From Prorocentrum cordatum (Eukaryota), in contig CAUYUJ010000172.1 of assembly GCA_963575745.1 (NCBI GenBank), positions 1 through 64,000 of the forward strand: a stretch of 64,000 nt of DNA, given 5' to 3'. The notes beneath the pieces were generated by a model. It did not search any database, was not told the DNA's origin, and saw only the letters and a program-made list of their open reading frames with translations. This document shows, piece by piece, positions 26,024 to 39,204 of the stretch. Within the stretch, counting starts at the first letter, position 1. Each line of letters starts with the position of its first letter. A program made the position numbers and the translations under genes.

Positions 26024-28964
26024 GTGTGCGTACCAAGTGTGTGTATGTGGAAGCCGGTACCGCGGAAGCCGGGCGCCTGGGCGGGCCAGAGCAGCGCGAG
26101 GCACAGCGTCTCGAGCCGCAAGTCGGGACAGAGGAAGAAAACACTACACACGTGCAGACAAATTTCAAATGTGGCCTCAAGACGGCCCCACAGGCTCCCA
26201 AGTCGCACTCGCACTCTCAAGCCTCATGGCCCACGAGCGCGCGGTGAAAGCCAGGGCTCTGGCGCTGCCGACGGGGGCCTCCAGTGTCCTGTCGACTTCG
26301 GCGTCGGTTTCTGGCTCCGCGTGGATCGCTCAACCTTGGAAGATCGGCTGCGTTACGATCGCCACATCGTTCCATATTGGCCGATTCTGGGCCACTGGCG
26401 GCGTTCAACCTGGAACGCCGCCGGCGGGGTCGCCGCCGCGTAGACACGACACGAACCTGCCGTAAAGTGAAGCTGCCACCACAAGGAGTGCTACATGGGA
26501 AACGAAGCCCCTTTTCGGCCACAGAAGCGCCTGGGTGCACGAGGAGCGCGAGAGGAACAGTCGTCGAAGGACCTGAGGAACAGCGAGACCCTCCCGAACC
26601 CGAGCTGTCCCTATGTTAGCGTCTTGAGTGTGGAGGAAGACAGCACGCATGAATCAAACCTTCCAAGACGACCTCAAGGAGGTCCCCACAAGGCTCCTAA
26701 GAGGCACCAAAAAGCCTTCCCGACAGCATCCAAGAGCCCTCTGAGAGGCATCCTACGGGACCCTCGTGTTCATCCAAGCAGCTCCTGACCAAACAACAAC
26801 AGCCAAGGAACAGTGGCGGCTTGGGCCGAAAGCCACCAGATAACTTCCACTATCGTCGCAAGCTCTGACTCCTTCTGGGGGGCGGAGAAGGGAGGAGGAG
26901 GAGGAGGAGGAGGAGGAGGAGGAGGAGGAGGGAGAAGGAGGAGGAGCAGCAGCAGCAGGAAGGGAGGAAGGAGGAGGGGGAGGAGAAGGAGGAGGAGGAG
27001 GAGGAGGAGGAGGAGGAGGTGGAGACCACAGCGCTCTATTCAAAACGAGTACCCAGGCTGGGAAACAAAACACCCTGCGGAGGTCCAGGCGCGGGCCTGC
27101 TCGGAGCGGCGCTGGGCTCCCCCCCGGCGGCGCCCCCCCCCGCGCGCCACCCGCGGCGCGGGAGCCCCGCGCCGAGCCGGGACACCCGCGCGGACCAGCG
27201 CAAGCGAAGCGGCGCGCCCGGGGGAGAAGCGAGAAGAAGCCGGCCTGCTCAGAAGGCTCGGAGGTCCCCCCCGCCCGCCCTCTGAGGAAGCGTTCGGAGC
27301 CATTCCCCAAGGCACAACTACAGCAAAAGCCTTCTCGGCAGGCGCGAGGCGCAAGGGCTTCTGAGAAGTCCCGCCGCCTTCTGAGAAGGTCTTCTCGCTC
27401 TCAGTTCCCCCCCCCTTGCTCGCCGCCGAAGAGCTTCTGGAGTTGTGGATACCATGACAATGGACACCCTAGCAGTCCTCTCATTGAACTGAAACCTGAG
27501 TTCAAAATGTTTGAACAAATCTTCTAAAAATGGTGTAACCCTGTTTGAGACACGTGTAAGACATGTCTCAAACATGGTTTAGACATCTGGGAATTGTTTG
27601 GCAGCACGCTTCCTCTCCATTGACCGACTTCCACCACTTCTGGAGGCGGAGTCGCAGGGGTAAGTTGGGGGTCGCTCCTCCTCCTCCTCCTCCTTCTCCT
27701 ACTCGATCCTCCTTCTCCTCTTCCTGCTCCTCCTCCTCCTCCTCCTCCTCCTCCTCCTCCTCCTCCTCCTCCTCCTCCTCCTCCTCCTGGAGGCGGAGGC
27801 GTGCGAAGAGAGAGCGGCGGGGGCGGAAGGGAGAGGGGAGCCGCAGGGGGGGCCCGGCCCCTGGGCGCCAGAGGGGGGGCCTCGGAGAGCGCACACACAC
27901 ACGCACACACACACACACACGGCGAGGCGGCGGGGGGTCGGCCGAGGAGCTCGGCGGACAGACGCCGCAGCTTCCCGGGCTGCGGCACGGGACGCGCAGG
28001 AGGCACACCGTGGAGGCCAGTCCACGAGAAGCCTTCCACGAGAAGCCTGGCCCCGGGACCCCAAGGCGGCCATCGATGCTCGGTGTGGGACGCGGCTTCC
28101 AGGGCTGCGGCACGGGACGCACAGGAGGCACGTAAGCGTTCTTTCATATTCGGCGTGTCGGCATTGGGCGGCAAGGGGGCGGGGGGAGGGGGGGGGGTCT
28201 GGCTCGGGACCTCTGCCTAGTGCGACTGTCTGCAACCAGTGGCAACACTGCGTCCTGCAGGGGAGGGTCCCCGCCTGCTCGAAACAGGCGCCAAACACAG
28301 CCAAGATCCACTCCACGGGGGGGGGAGGGGGGGGGCGAGGGCCCGCGCCGATCGGCAAAACAGTGGATAAAAAAACGCGCACCATACAGTGGAGGCCATT
28401 CCACAAGAAGCCTTCCACAAGAAGCCCAGCCCTGAAACCCCAGGACGTCAATCGATGCTTGGTATGGGAGCGTCACGCCTCTCACAGTAAAACCATCGAA
28501 GCCCCAGAAACTCAGGGCACCCCGGAGGTAAGCAGGGTGCTTCTTGGCATGGGTCTCCACTGTAAACGCCGCAGCTTCCCGAGCTGCGGCATGGGACGCA
28601 CAGAGACACACTAAGCCTATATTCAGGTCGGGCGTGTCCTCCTACAGGGGGATTTGGGGCGAAAAACAAGTGGCACGCGTGCCCTGGCTCTTGCACAAAG
28701 GAGCTGCGAAGGACAGGAGGCCCCCGCTTTCGTCTTTCAGGAGGAGTTTACGAGGAGCCAGAAAGAAAGTGGAGGAGGAGGAGGAGGAGGACGACGACGA
28801 GGACAACAACGACGAAGACGACGACGAAGACAGTCGTCGGCGGCGCCACGCCGCGCGGCTCTCCGCCCGCGGTCGCCGCCGCGGCGCCGCCGCAGGGGGG
28901 GGGGAGCAGTCCCGGGAGGCTCGGGGGAGGGGGGGCCGCGGCCCAGGGGAGCCAGAGGGGGCCC

Positions 28965-29897
28965 AGGTGGACGAACCACAACGACGAAAATAAAGGGGTT
29001 CGAGCTCTAGAACACAGCTTTGCAAGAGAATAAACGGTTCCGTGGCCCAGGGGGGCTGCCCTAGGAAGCCTGGACGGAGGGGGGCTCCCAAAGGCTCCCA
29101 CGGGGGGGGGGCCAGAGGAGCTGGGTCTCAAGGGGAGGGGCCCAGGGGGACGAACGAACCACGACGAAAACAAGTGGCACGCGTGCCCTGGCTCTTGCAC
29201 AAAGGTTCCGAGGCTCAGGGGGGCTGCCCTGGGAAGCCTGGGCGGGGGGGGGCAGAGGGGGGGGGGGGGGGGGGGACGAACGACACGACACGACACGAAA
29301 ACAAGTGGCACGCGTGCCCTGGCTCTTGCACAAAGGAGCTGCGAAGGACTTGGAAGCCTGAACGGAGGAAGGCTGTACGGAGGAAAGCTCCCAAGGGTGG
29401 GTGGCTCAGGTGAGCTGGGTGGGGCTCAGGCTCAGGGGGGGCGAGGGGGACGAACCACCACGAGCCACGAACCACGACGACAGTAAAGGGTTCCGCGGCC
29501 CAGGGGGGCTGCCTTGGGAAGCCTGGACGGAGGAAGGCTCCCAAGGGTGGGTGGCTCAGGGGAGATGGGGCTCAGGCTCAGGGAGGGGGCCGAGGGGGAC
29601 GAGCCACCTCGAGCCACGACGAAAATAAAGGGTTCCGCGGCCCAGGGGGCCTGCCCTGGGAAGCGCCTGGACGGAGGGGAGGTCCCAAGGGTGGCCCAGG
29701 GAAGCTAGGGGTCAGGCTCGGGGGGGGGGGTCGAGGGGGACGAACCACCACGAGCCACGACGAAAATAAAGATGTCTGAGCTCTAGAGCACAGCTGTGCA
29801 AGAGAATAAAGATGTCCGAGGCCCAGGGGGGCTGCCCTGGGAAGCCTGGACGGGGGAGCTGGGTCTGGGGGGGGGCAGGGGGGGGGCAGGGGGACGA
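28965..29897. repeat. Irregular ~120-190-bp tandem array (GACGAACCAC..CGACGAAAA..GCCCAGGGGGGCTGCCCTGGGAAGCCTGGACGG) running into an assembly gap
   Basis: Repeated motifs at ~28970, 29150, 29280, 29450, 29600, 29740. Confidence 0.85.
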
Positions 29898-29997
29898 NNN
29901 NNNNNNNNNNNNNNNNNNNNNNNNNNNNNNNNNNNNNNNNNNNNNNNNNNNNNNNNNNNNNNNNNNNNNNNNNNNNNNNNNNNNNNNNNNNNNNNNN
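29898..29997. other. Assembly gap (100 N)
   Basis: Run of N. Confidence 1.
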
Positions 29998-30000
29998 GTA

Positions 30001-30062
<62 letters not shown>

Positions 30063-30316
30063 TGTTGGGTTGACGCCGATGGCACATTCCTGAGCCAAAA
30101 GCGGTCCCCATTCCCGAATCTTGACTGCACCGCCCACCATGCACTCGCTGTACCCTTGGTGCTTGCGACTGACCCGTGTTGCAGACTGGCGAGCCGCCCT
30201 CAAGCGTGACATGGATAGGATCAGCTCTCGAGCTTAAACAAACAATGGGCGCAGGTGCCGCGTTCGTTCAGGTCGGGCACGTCCCCCTACAGGGGGATGT
30301 TGGACGAAACACTAAT

Positions 30317-30388
<72 letters not shown>

Positions 30389-33300
30389 ACAACAACAACA
30401 ACAAAACAAAACAACAACCAAAAAATGCCCGAAACATTGTTCCCAGCCGTTTTTTTTATTATGTTTGAATATTCCTCCTGAGCAGGGACATGCCCAACTT
30501 AAGCGTGCGTCCCGATGTGGCGGCGCGCGCACAGGGGTAGAGGGAGGGAAGCAAAGGCTTCTTAGAAGGAGGCTGCTTCTTAGAAGGCGCCCACCCTCGG
30601 AGGGCCCCAGGGAGGCCCAACATGGCAAGAGAGCGCTCTCGGCCAGGCGCAGCTACCGGAGGGCACCCCGGGGCTGGACCGTCAGGAGCCCGCGAAAACA
30701 TAGGATGAACCCGGCGTGACCCCGATGAGGCGAGCGCTTCCTTAGCGGCGTTGCTTGGCACAGTCTGGCGTTGCGTTGCTTTGCTTGGCAGCGCATCAGC
30801 TCGCATTGCTTCGCGTAGCTCTGCATTGCTTGGCGTTGCTTGCAATTGCTTGGTTTTGCTTGGCATTGCTTAGCATTGCTCAGTATTGTTTGAAACTGCT
30901 CGGCATCGCAAAAGAAACAAAACCGAGCAAGCCCGACAAACGCCACTGTAAAGAAACAAGGCTGGGGAACCTCGAAGAACAAGCACTGCAAACAAACGAA
31001 ACCCAAAAAAGACGCTTGGTCTGCAGCGCTGGCGGACGCGAGCGCGTCTGCAGGCCGGCGGGGCGCGCCGGGCTAGGGCACTCGAGTGCGGCCGAAAAAG
31101 AAGAGGGCGGCCGCGGACGCAGGATGAGTGGGCATCGCCTGGCCCATCCCCAGCCCCACTGGCAAGGCCTGGGCCCCCAGTGGCCGATCAGCCCCCGTGG
31201 ATGGAGACATAGGCGGCCCCCCCCCGGGCTTCGAGGGGTCTCTTCCCGACGCGGGGGTGGGATGCCATCTTGGTTTTTCTGAATTATATGCCCCGGGCGT
31301 TATGCTGCCGTTTTTAACCCGGCGTGTTGGAAATCATGTTTCGAGCGTTTTTAGGTCCCAACAAGAATACCAAAGACGCCCCCCCCCCGGAAACAAGCAA
31401 AAACACACACACACACACAACACAAAAAAACGAGACATGATTTGCGTTTCAGCTGAATCAGTTCGGCGTATTCTTCAAGATTGCCATCGACGACGTCCTC
31501 GGTTCCTTCTCCTGGCGCGCAGTGCTCCCGACGTCTGCACGATCCTTCGTGTGTTTCCGCTTGGCTCTTCTCTTGCCCTCCCTGCTGGCCGGGGCGTCGG
31601 GCCTCCGGGCCCGATGGTCTCGAGTGCCCCCATCCGGGGGCCGTCGGGGCCTGCGGGCCTGCTTCGGGCCTGCGCTAAGCCCAGTGCTCTGGCGTGCTCT
31701 TGTAAAGGGGCGCTCTGAGACACACAAATAAAATAAATACACACAAACAAAAGGATCCCCCATATTTCTCCATATGTTCTGGGTTTTTGTCTTCCCCCCG
31801 CCTCCCATATTTTCCCATATCTTCCTGGGAGTGGACGATTCAGTGTGTCTGTGTTTTTGTTCCCTCCTGATTTCGGGCGCGCTTTCAGCTCTGAGGGGGG
31901 AGGGCTGCGGCAGAAACCACAGAGCGGGAGCGAAGACAGCAGGGGAAACCAGGAACAGGCTTCGACCAGAGAGCACAAAACGCAACAACAGACGGATCCA
32001 CAGCGACGGGCCTAAAAACGCCAAACAGACTGAAGCTAAAAACTTACATCTGGTAAAGAGCCCAAACTGCAAAATCTGATTTTTTTTGAAATGAGCGTTG
32101 CTTAGGGGAGAACCAAGGGAACCATGGCCCTCTTCATGCGGAGGACGGTCCTGAGGCAAGGTCAGACCCAACACCACGGAGGCGACCACACGTGGGGCCA
32201 CGACGTGGGCGATGGGCGAAGACAAACCGCCCCGGGCAGTGAGGTCTCCACGCGATCGGGCCACCACACGTCCAGGGCCACGCACCTCTTGGTCGCAGCG
32301 GCGAGCACCCTGGCCGCCATCTCAGGCAGACGTGGGATGCACGTGGCCGCGGTGGGCACGGCGGGGACCGGGATAGAGAGAGGAGCGCGCCGGAGGGGGG
32401 AGGGGGGAGGAAGAGCACGCCCAGAACACGCAGCCCTTGTGTGCGAGTTCAGGAGCGCGTGCACAGCGGGAGGGGGGGCCAGGGTCACAAAATGCGCCGC
32501 TCAGCAGTGGCCGCCGTCGCCTCCACGGCCCCTCCCGCGGCGCGCGCGCGGGCGGCGCCCGCGAAGCCCGCGGCGGCCGCAAGCGCCCGCGCCGAGGGCG
32601 CGCCCAGCGGGGGCGCCAACAGCGGCGGCCGCGGCGGCGGGGGCGCGGCGGCGAGAGGACGCTCGCCTGAGGGAGGACCTGCGCCGCTAGAGTATGTCCT
32701 CCTCCTCCTCCTCCTCCTCCTCCTCCTCCTCCTCCTCCTCCTCCTCCTCCTCCTCCTCCTCCTCCTCCTCACTCGAGCGCCCTGGCCTGTGCGACCAGCT
32801 CCTCTCGGGTATACACCAGAGTGACCCTAGGCAGGAGTGACCTTTTGCTGCGCGACTTCAGGGGGCCTGCGCCGCCAGAGTATGTCCATATCTCGGCTCC
32901 GCGCACGACCCAGACCCGCTTGCCTCGTGAAAAAACAAACGGCGCCACCTTCCGCGGTTTTCGGCCCACGAGGGGCCCTCGCCGGGCCCCGGGACGGTCA
33001 CCTAAGGACAGCGCAGAGTGAAAAAAAATTGTCCTGGGGAATGGGTCGAGACCTCTGGGTTCCACGCTGCCCAGACCCCCGACGTCATGATTTTTTCATG
33101 ACGCGACCCCCAGAGATCAGGACCCATTCCCTGGGACTGGTTTTCCATCCTGAGTCGTTTTGCTGACGGTCCCGAGGCCCGGTGAGTGCCCCCAGAGGTC
33201 GAAAATGGTGAAAAACCTCCCGTCGTGGTTTTCTCATGGCTCGAGGGGGTCTAGGCGTGCAGAGCTCGTGACGGCGGGGGTCTTCGGAGTGGCCCTCTGT

Positions 33301-33595
33301 GAGGGAGCGTGGCCTCGGGTGCGCGGCTGCCGGGGGGCCGCGGACGGTCAAATATCCAGGCGCGCAGGCCAGTGCCGGGGAGACCCCGGGGAGAGCGCGC
33401 AGCAGAGGTACTCCAGGGAAGGGCCCCTCCCCCTGGTGTGCCACTACTCGAACGATGGGCCTGTTTTCCACCACCAACACCACCATGAGTTGGAGGAGGA
33501 GGAGGAGGAGGAGGAGGACCCCCTAGCCCTCCTGCTTCTGGTGGTGGTGGTGGTGGTAAACAAGCCCATCATCCTGTTGTTTGCAACGGATCAAA

Positions 33596-33788
33596 TGCGG
33601 CAGGTTCGCGTCGTGTCGACCACGGCGTTGGTTTCTGACACCGCGGGAGTCGTTCCACCTTGCACGATCGGGCGTTCCCGAAAAGTCAGCTCGTGCCGCA
33701 TCGAACGATTCTGGGTCGCCGGCGGCGTTCAACGTTGAACGCCGAGCGGCGGGGTCGCCGCCCGTCGAAACGACGCGCACCTGCCGCA
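33596..33788. mobile_element. MITE family C (TIR TGCGGCAGGTTCGYGTCGT; internal palindrome CGGCGTTCAACGTTGAACGCCG)
   Basis: Inverted termini; related copies at ~3186-3381, ~23440-23540 and ~26345-26463. Confidence 0.75.
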
Positions 33789-34053
33789 GCCACTGCCGCG
33801 GGGTCGCGTCCTGGGGTTCTCGGGCAGCGGCGGATACGTAGGTGTATCTGCCCGCCCGAGCGGACGGGCAGATGTTCAGGTCCACCTCCTCCTCCTCCTC
33901 CTCCTCCTCCTCCTCCTCCTCCTCCTCCTCCTCCTCGTCGTCACCATCGTCTTCGTCCTCGTCCTCGTCCTCGCCTGCGCTCATCCTCGTCCTCCTCCTC
34001 CTCCTCCTCCACCTCCTCCTCCTCCTCCTCCTCCTCCTCCTCCTCCTCCTCCT

Positions 34054-34086
<33 letters not shown>

Positions 34087-34791
34087 TCTCCTCCTCCTCC
34101 TCTTCCTCCTCCTCCTCCTCCTCCTCCTCCTCCCCTCCTCCTCCTCCTGCTACTCCTCCTCCTCCTCCTCCTCCTCCTCCTCCTCCTCCTCCTCCTCCTC
34201 CTCCTCCATTCCCCGAAATCCCGGGACACCATTCCGAAGCGGTGGCCACGAGCACGTGCTGGCGGCGGAGGCCGTGCGGCCTCCTCGCACCCCTCCGCTG
34301 CCGCGGGCAGGCGCTGCAGCAGGCCCCCAGGAGGAGGCCTCCAACGTGGCCCGCGAGAGAGCCCAGAATCGGATCGATAAGTCGGATCGGCGATCGAAAT
34401 GAATCGGATCGGCGGAGATCGGCAGCCAGATCGGGAGAAGTCGAATCGACAGAGATCGGCAGGCTGGTGGGCCCCCAATGAAAGATGGTAATCCGAATCC
34501 CAGGTCGTATCGAACTGGCATCGGAAGCCATCGAAACCAAATCGAATTGAATCGGAGGCGTCGCGATGAGCCCTGCCCGCGAGAGACGGGGCATGAGGAA
34601 AGGGAATGGAAATGGGAATTCGAATAGGGGAGCATCTACAGTATTCATTTACCCCAGAATGCGGGATTTGTTGTCGATTATGCGAGAGATACGTCGGATA
34701 CTCCGTAGCTCTCCGGAGCATGCTGCGCAACTTGAGCAGATTCGACTGACAAATCAACTCAGGGGCAAGCCAACTCTGTAGTCGATCCCCG

Positions 34792-35023
34792 ATTCTAGAG
34801 GCCTCCTAGATGGGGTCCGAGTAGATTTGGTTGGAGGATCGCGCCGCATCGCCGATCTATCGCTGATACACTGGCGGTGCATCGGCGACGTCGGCGATGC
34901 TTCGGCGCCATCGGCGTGGAGAAACTCGGGCTCCACATATCGAGCCGCACTGGCGATGCATCGGCGATGCGGCGCGACCCTCTGACCCCACCTGCTCGGA
35001 CACCATCTGGGAGGCCTAGAATT
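34792..35023. mobile_element. MITE family B (TIR AGGCCTCCYAGATGGGGTCCGAGYA; internal GCATCGGCGAT repeats)
   Basis: Inverted termini here and at 47209-47450; partial copies at ~13690-13815, ~50775-50820 and ~55870-56030. Confidence 0.75.
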
Positions 35024-35956
35024 CTGGGGCGAACCAACTCTTCAGTCGATCCCCTACCCCTCGGTCGGAAAAAGTAGGCAGGAACATGAAGCAGGAAGGC
35101 GTTGAAAGCAGATCGGGTCTCCGCCCACCCCCCTGGGGAGGACGGAGAAGGTGAAGCCACTCGATCCTTGCAGTAGGAAGGCGCTAAAAGTAGATTGAAA
35201 TATGGAAATCCTACTTTCAAGTGAGCGTTTTCTAATTCAGCGTTTCGACAAGTGGGCGGAAGAGGGGGGGGGTCTGGCTCTGGACCTCTGCTTAGCGCGA
35301 CTGTTTGTAGACAGCGCGTCCTGTGGCGACAGGCTCCACCTGCTCGAAAGAGGCGCCAAAAACAGGGGCGGAGGGGGGGAGGGGTGGGGCGGGGCGGAGG
35401 GGGGAAGGGTTGCGAGGCCTTCCTCCTTCCTCCTTCCTCCTTCCTCCTTCCTCCTTCCTCCTCCTCCTCCTCCTCCTTCCTCCTCCTCCTCCTCCTCCTC
35501 CTCCTCCTCCTCCTCCTCCTCCACTGTAGCCCCGTCCGACTCCCCAACGCGGGCGCGCCACCGACCGACTGCACCCCCCCCCCGCGGCGGGGCGCCTCCC
35601 GCCAGCGGCGCGCCGCGGCGGGCCGCGCGCGAGAGCGGCCCGGGGCGCCAGTGCCGCAGCGGCATGGCGCGCCCGGGCGGGAGGGAGGGGAGGAGGAGGA
35701 GGCGGCGGAGGAGGAGGAGGAGGAGGAGGAGGAGGAGGAGAGGAGGAGGAGGAGGAGGAGGAGGAGGAGAGGAGGAGGAGGAGAGGGAGGAGGAGGAGGA
35801 GAGGGGAGGAAGGACCGAGGAGGAGGAGGAGGAGGAGGAGGAGAGGAGGAGGAGGAGGAGGGGAGGAGGAGGAGGAGGAGGAGGAGGAGGAGGAGGGGAG
35901 GAGGAGGAGTGCACGAGCCCAGAGGAGGACCGACGACGGCGAGCCGACACTCCGTC

Positions 35957-36016
35957 CTCGGCGCCGAGCTGCGACTGCAGCACGCGCACGCCGAGGGCGA
36001 GGGCTGCGCGCAGCAC
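35957..36016 (-). CDS. Candidate micro-exon (VLRAALALGVRVLQSQLGAE)
   Basis: ACGCAG|G acceptor, GAG|GA donor, 60 nt, phase 0/0, coding-like codon use. Confidence 0.4.
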
Positions 36017-36855
36017 CTGCGTCAAAAGGAGGGGCAGGAGGAGGGAAAAGGAGGGGCAGGAGGAGGGGCAGGAGGAGGGGCAGGAAGCGGGAAAAAATAT
36101 AAACAAAAAAAAAAAAAAAAAAAGTCCGAGCGGATTTATCGGATCTGCGCTGGACCCCCTCCCTGGCGCGCGCAGCGCGCCAGGGGCGGCGCCGGAGGCG
36201 CCGCCGGGGGGGGGGCCAGCGCGGATCCAAGAAATCCGCGTGGAGCGCCGAAAATTATTGTTTATGGCAGCCGGACTTCGGACGAAAGATCAGAAATAGC
36301 CGAAACATGTTGAACAAATTAAAAAAATACCTGAAAAATCGTCCCTCGACTAGTCTTGATTTTGGTGGGACATTGCTCCTGTAGAGGGCCTCGCCCGACT
36401 CATGATAACGCCGCCGCGAGCGCGCGCGGCCGCGGCCCCGCGCCGCGGCGCCCGCACAACGCCGCGGGGTCACGCCGCAGCGGCGGGCCGCTTGGCAGCC
36501 CGACGGGCCGCGATTGAGCGGCAGCGGCGGCGGCGGCGGCAGGGGCTTGGCCAGCAGGCCCTCGGCCCAAGGTGGCCCAGGAGGCGCCCAAGACGGCCCA
36601 AGAGGGCTTCGAGAGAGGTACAGGAGGGGTACAGTCAGAAATCCTAATAAGGACGCGCGGTAAGGACGCAAGACCCTTGGAAGCCGAAGTTGGGATTTTT
36701 GGGACGGCGGACGACGAAAACGTCAAAGACGCAAGAGCAAGGAAGAGCAAGGACGCAAGGGTACCCTGAGCAAAGTCGCGCGTCCTTATTTGGGCTTGAC
36801 TGCATCAGAAGAAGAAGGAAGAAGAAGAAGAAGATAACAACGAAAAAATATTAAT

Positions 36856-37004
36856 ATAAAGTTGTGGCGCTCCGAGCGGGTTTCTCGGATCTGCGCTGGA
36901 CCCCCCTCCCTGGCGCGCGGAGCGCGCCAGGGGCGGCGCCAGAGGCGCCGCCAGGGGGCCCCAGCGTGCATCCAAGAAACCCGCGCGGAGAGCCAAAAGT
37001 TTAT
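36856..37004. mobile_element. T-hairpin element copy (others at 23575-23668 deleted, 36125-36250, 46925-47093 reversed, 51664-51745 half, 53371-53550)
   Basis: Shared core TCCGCGCGGATTTCTCGGATC-GCGCTGG..CCCTGGCGCGCggaGCGCGCCAGGG-GCGGCGCCagaGGCGCCGCC..CCAGCGCGGATCCGAGAAATCCGCGCGGA. Confidence 0.85.
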
Positions 37005-39204
37005 GCTTAGGCCGTTTTCTCCTCTTTGGGGTATGTCGAACTGACACGTCGAGCCCTCGGCCCCCAGAAGGCTGCACCGCCAAAGGGCGCCGAAAAACAA
37101 AAAAAACGAGTGGCCCCGAAACGCGCCCAAGAGGCCAATGAGAAGCCCCCGGAGGCACCACACGGCCCCATCGTCGGCGGAATGGCGTCAACCTCTAGAA
37201 TTGCGGGACGGCGGCGGCGGCGCGGCGACGGCAAAGCCAACAGAGACTCGATCGTGGCCGTGATGCTCGCGAAAACGCCTGGGCCCAGCTTTTCAGCGAG
37301 CCGCAGCAGCACTCACTGGCCCGTGGCCGCGGGCAGGCCGCGCGGCTGCCGGAAGCTGCGCAGACTGGCGGCGCCAGTCGCGCTGACCGGGCACCCCAGC
37401 TCGGGCAGCGCTCTGACCAGGGCCGCATCGTTCACCGCCTCGAGCCCGGCCAGGCAGTGGTCCGCCATGCATTTTCCAATGTGGCTCGGCACTGGCGCCC
37501 ACGGCAGCTGGCACGATGGAGCCAGGGCGCTCGCTCCGCCAATGTGGCTCTCACCAGCGTGCCCGAACCTGCGGCGACCTCCCGAGCCTCAGGCAACCGC
37601 GGCGACGCAGAGCTGACAGAGGCGGGCACTCTTTTGGTCGAAGCCCGAGCAGTGCCTTCCCGGCCACCGGGAGCAAGCCGCGGGGACGCCGACCACCCTG
37701 AAGCGGCTTCTGACGCCTGCGCGGCTCTCTCCCAAACGCCCCGCGCCGGCCGACCGCCCCGGTGATTGATCGTGCGCACCGGCGGCTCCAGCACTGCACC
37801 GTCTGCCAGACGCTGCAGCCCAGGCCAAGCACCCACTACTCCAAATCCCTTATTCATCGACCCCCCCTAAAAAACCGGACCCCCCTCCAAATGCGACCTA
37901 ATATTCTGGAACCCCCTTTTCGACGGGGCGCCTGAATAAACCGGACACCCTAAGCTCCAATCCAAAGAAAGCGCTCTCATAAATCGGAGCCCCCCAGTTA
38001 CAAACAAGGCGCCTTTAAACACTGGACCCGGGGGACGACTATAAGGGATTTGGAGGAGATTCCACTGGCCAGGCCCCGACTGCACGACACGGCAGAGGCT
38101 CGACGATCCACGGCGCCACCTCCAAGACGTCGACGCCGACGCCCTCGCACCACCCCGGGCGTCCTGCCCTCGACGACCGACCAGCTGACCCGCTCGAGCG
38201 CTGGCGTGGCTGCAGAGAGGAGGCGCCGCCACACACCCGAGGCGAACTGGAGGCCAGGCACTGCTGCATGCCGCCTCGATGATGTGCTGCAGAGTACACT
38301 GCTCACACGCCGCCCTCCACCTGGCCATGACGCAAGAGGAGCATGAGCGTGGCACGGTCCAAGAACGGGGAGAGCATCAGGATCAGTGCCCCAAACCGGC
38401 ACGGAGATGGAGGGCGGGAGGGAGGGAGGGAGAGAGTGTGGGGTGGAGGAGGGGGGGAGAGGGGCGGGGACGGAGGGAGGGGGGGAGGAGGGCGGGAGGG
38501 GGAAGGGCGGGAGGGAGAGGGAGAGGGGGGGGGCAGGAAGGGCGGAGGGAGGCGGAGGGAGGCAGGGGGAGGAAGGGGGGGGCAATCGGCCCGCAATGGC
38601 TGCGGGTGGCACTGGCGGCGGCCTCGGAGCACGGCCCTCCCCGCTGCCCCTGGGCGGCCTGCCCCCTCAGGCCCCCTCCGTCCTGCACAACGCAGCTGCT
38701 CCCCACCGCACCCCCCCCCCGACGTGTCGGGCAGGGCGGGCCGGGCGGTGCGCCCAAGGGCGTCCTCGCCACGAGGGAGCCCGAAGCCTGGCCGCCGCAG
38801 CACTCGTCACGAGGACGGGGGCACGGGCGGTGGTCGCAGCAGGGCTCTCGCCGTGGCGAGCTCTCGTGCTGGTGCTGCACATCTGAAGGGGCCCTGGGAC
38901 ACACGAACAAAGAGACACAGATAACAGGAGTCCCCGTGTTTTCCCATATTTTCGGGCTTACTGTCTTCCCCCCCACTTCCCATATATAGTTTCTCATGTT
39001 CTCTGGGGAATCGACGATGAATTCTGTCGGTGTGTTTCTTCCCCTCCTGAATAGCTTGCTCCAAAAAAAAATGGTGCTTTGCCTCTGGGGCCCTCGCTTG
39101 CGTGTGAAGGAACCGGTCGGTGGGGGGTCCTTCGTCGGGGGCGCTGCTCGGAATTTCTCTGGGCTGCCCAGGGGTTTGCTCGAGGCTGCCCAGGGCTGCC
39201 GACA

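Noticed and set aside
26226..26340. Possible divergent plus-strand first exon (MAHERAVKARALAL...)
   Set aside because: Good ATG context, but no recognisable product or downstream exon, and it runs into a MITE.
30089..30103. Spliced-leader-like TTTTGGCTCAGG on the minus strand (similar CATTTGGCTTAAG near 52930)
   Set aside because: No credible ORF follows; the first runs into a (CTA)n tract within ~30 nt.
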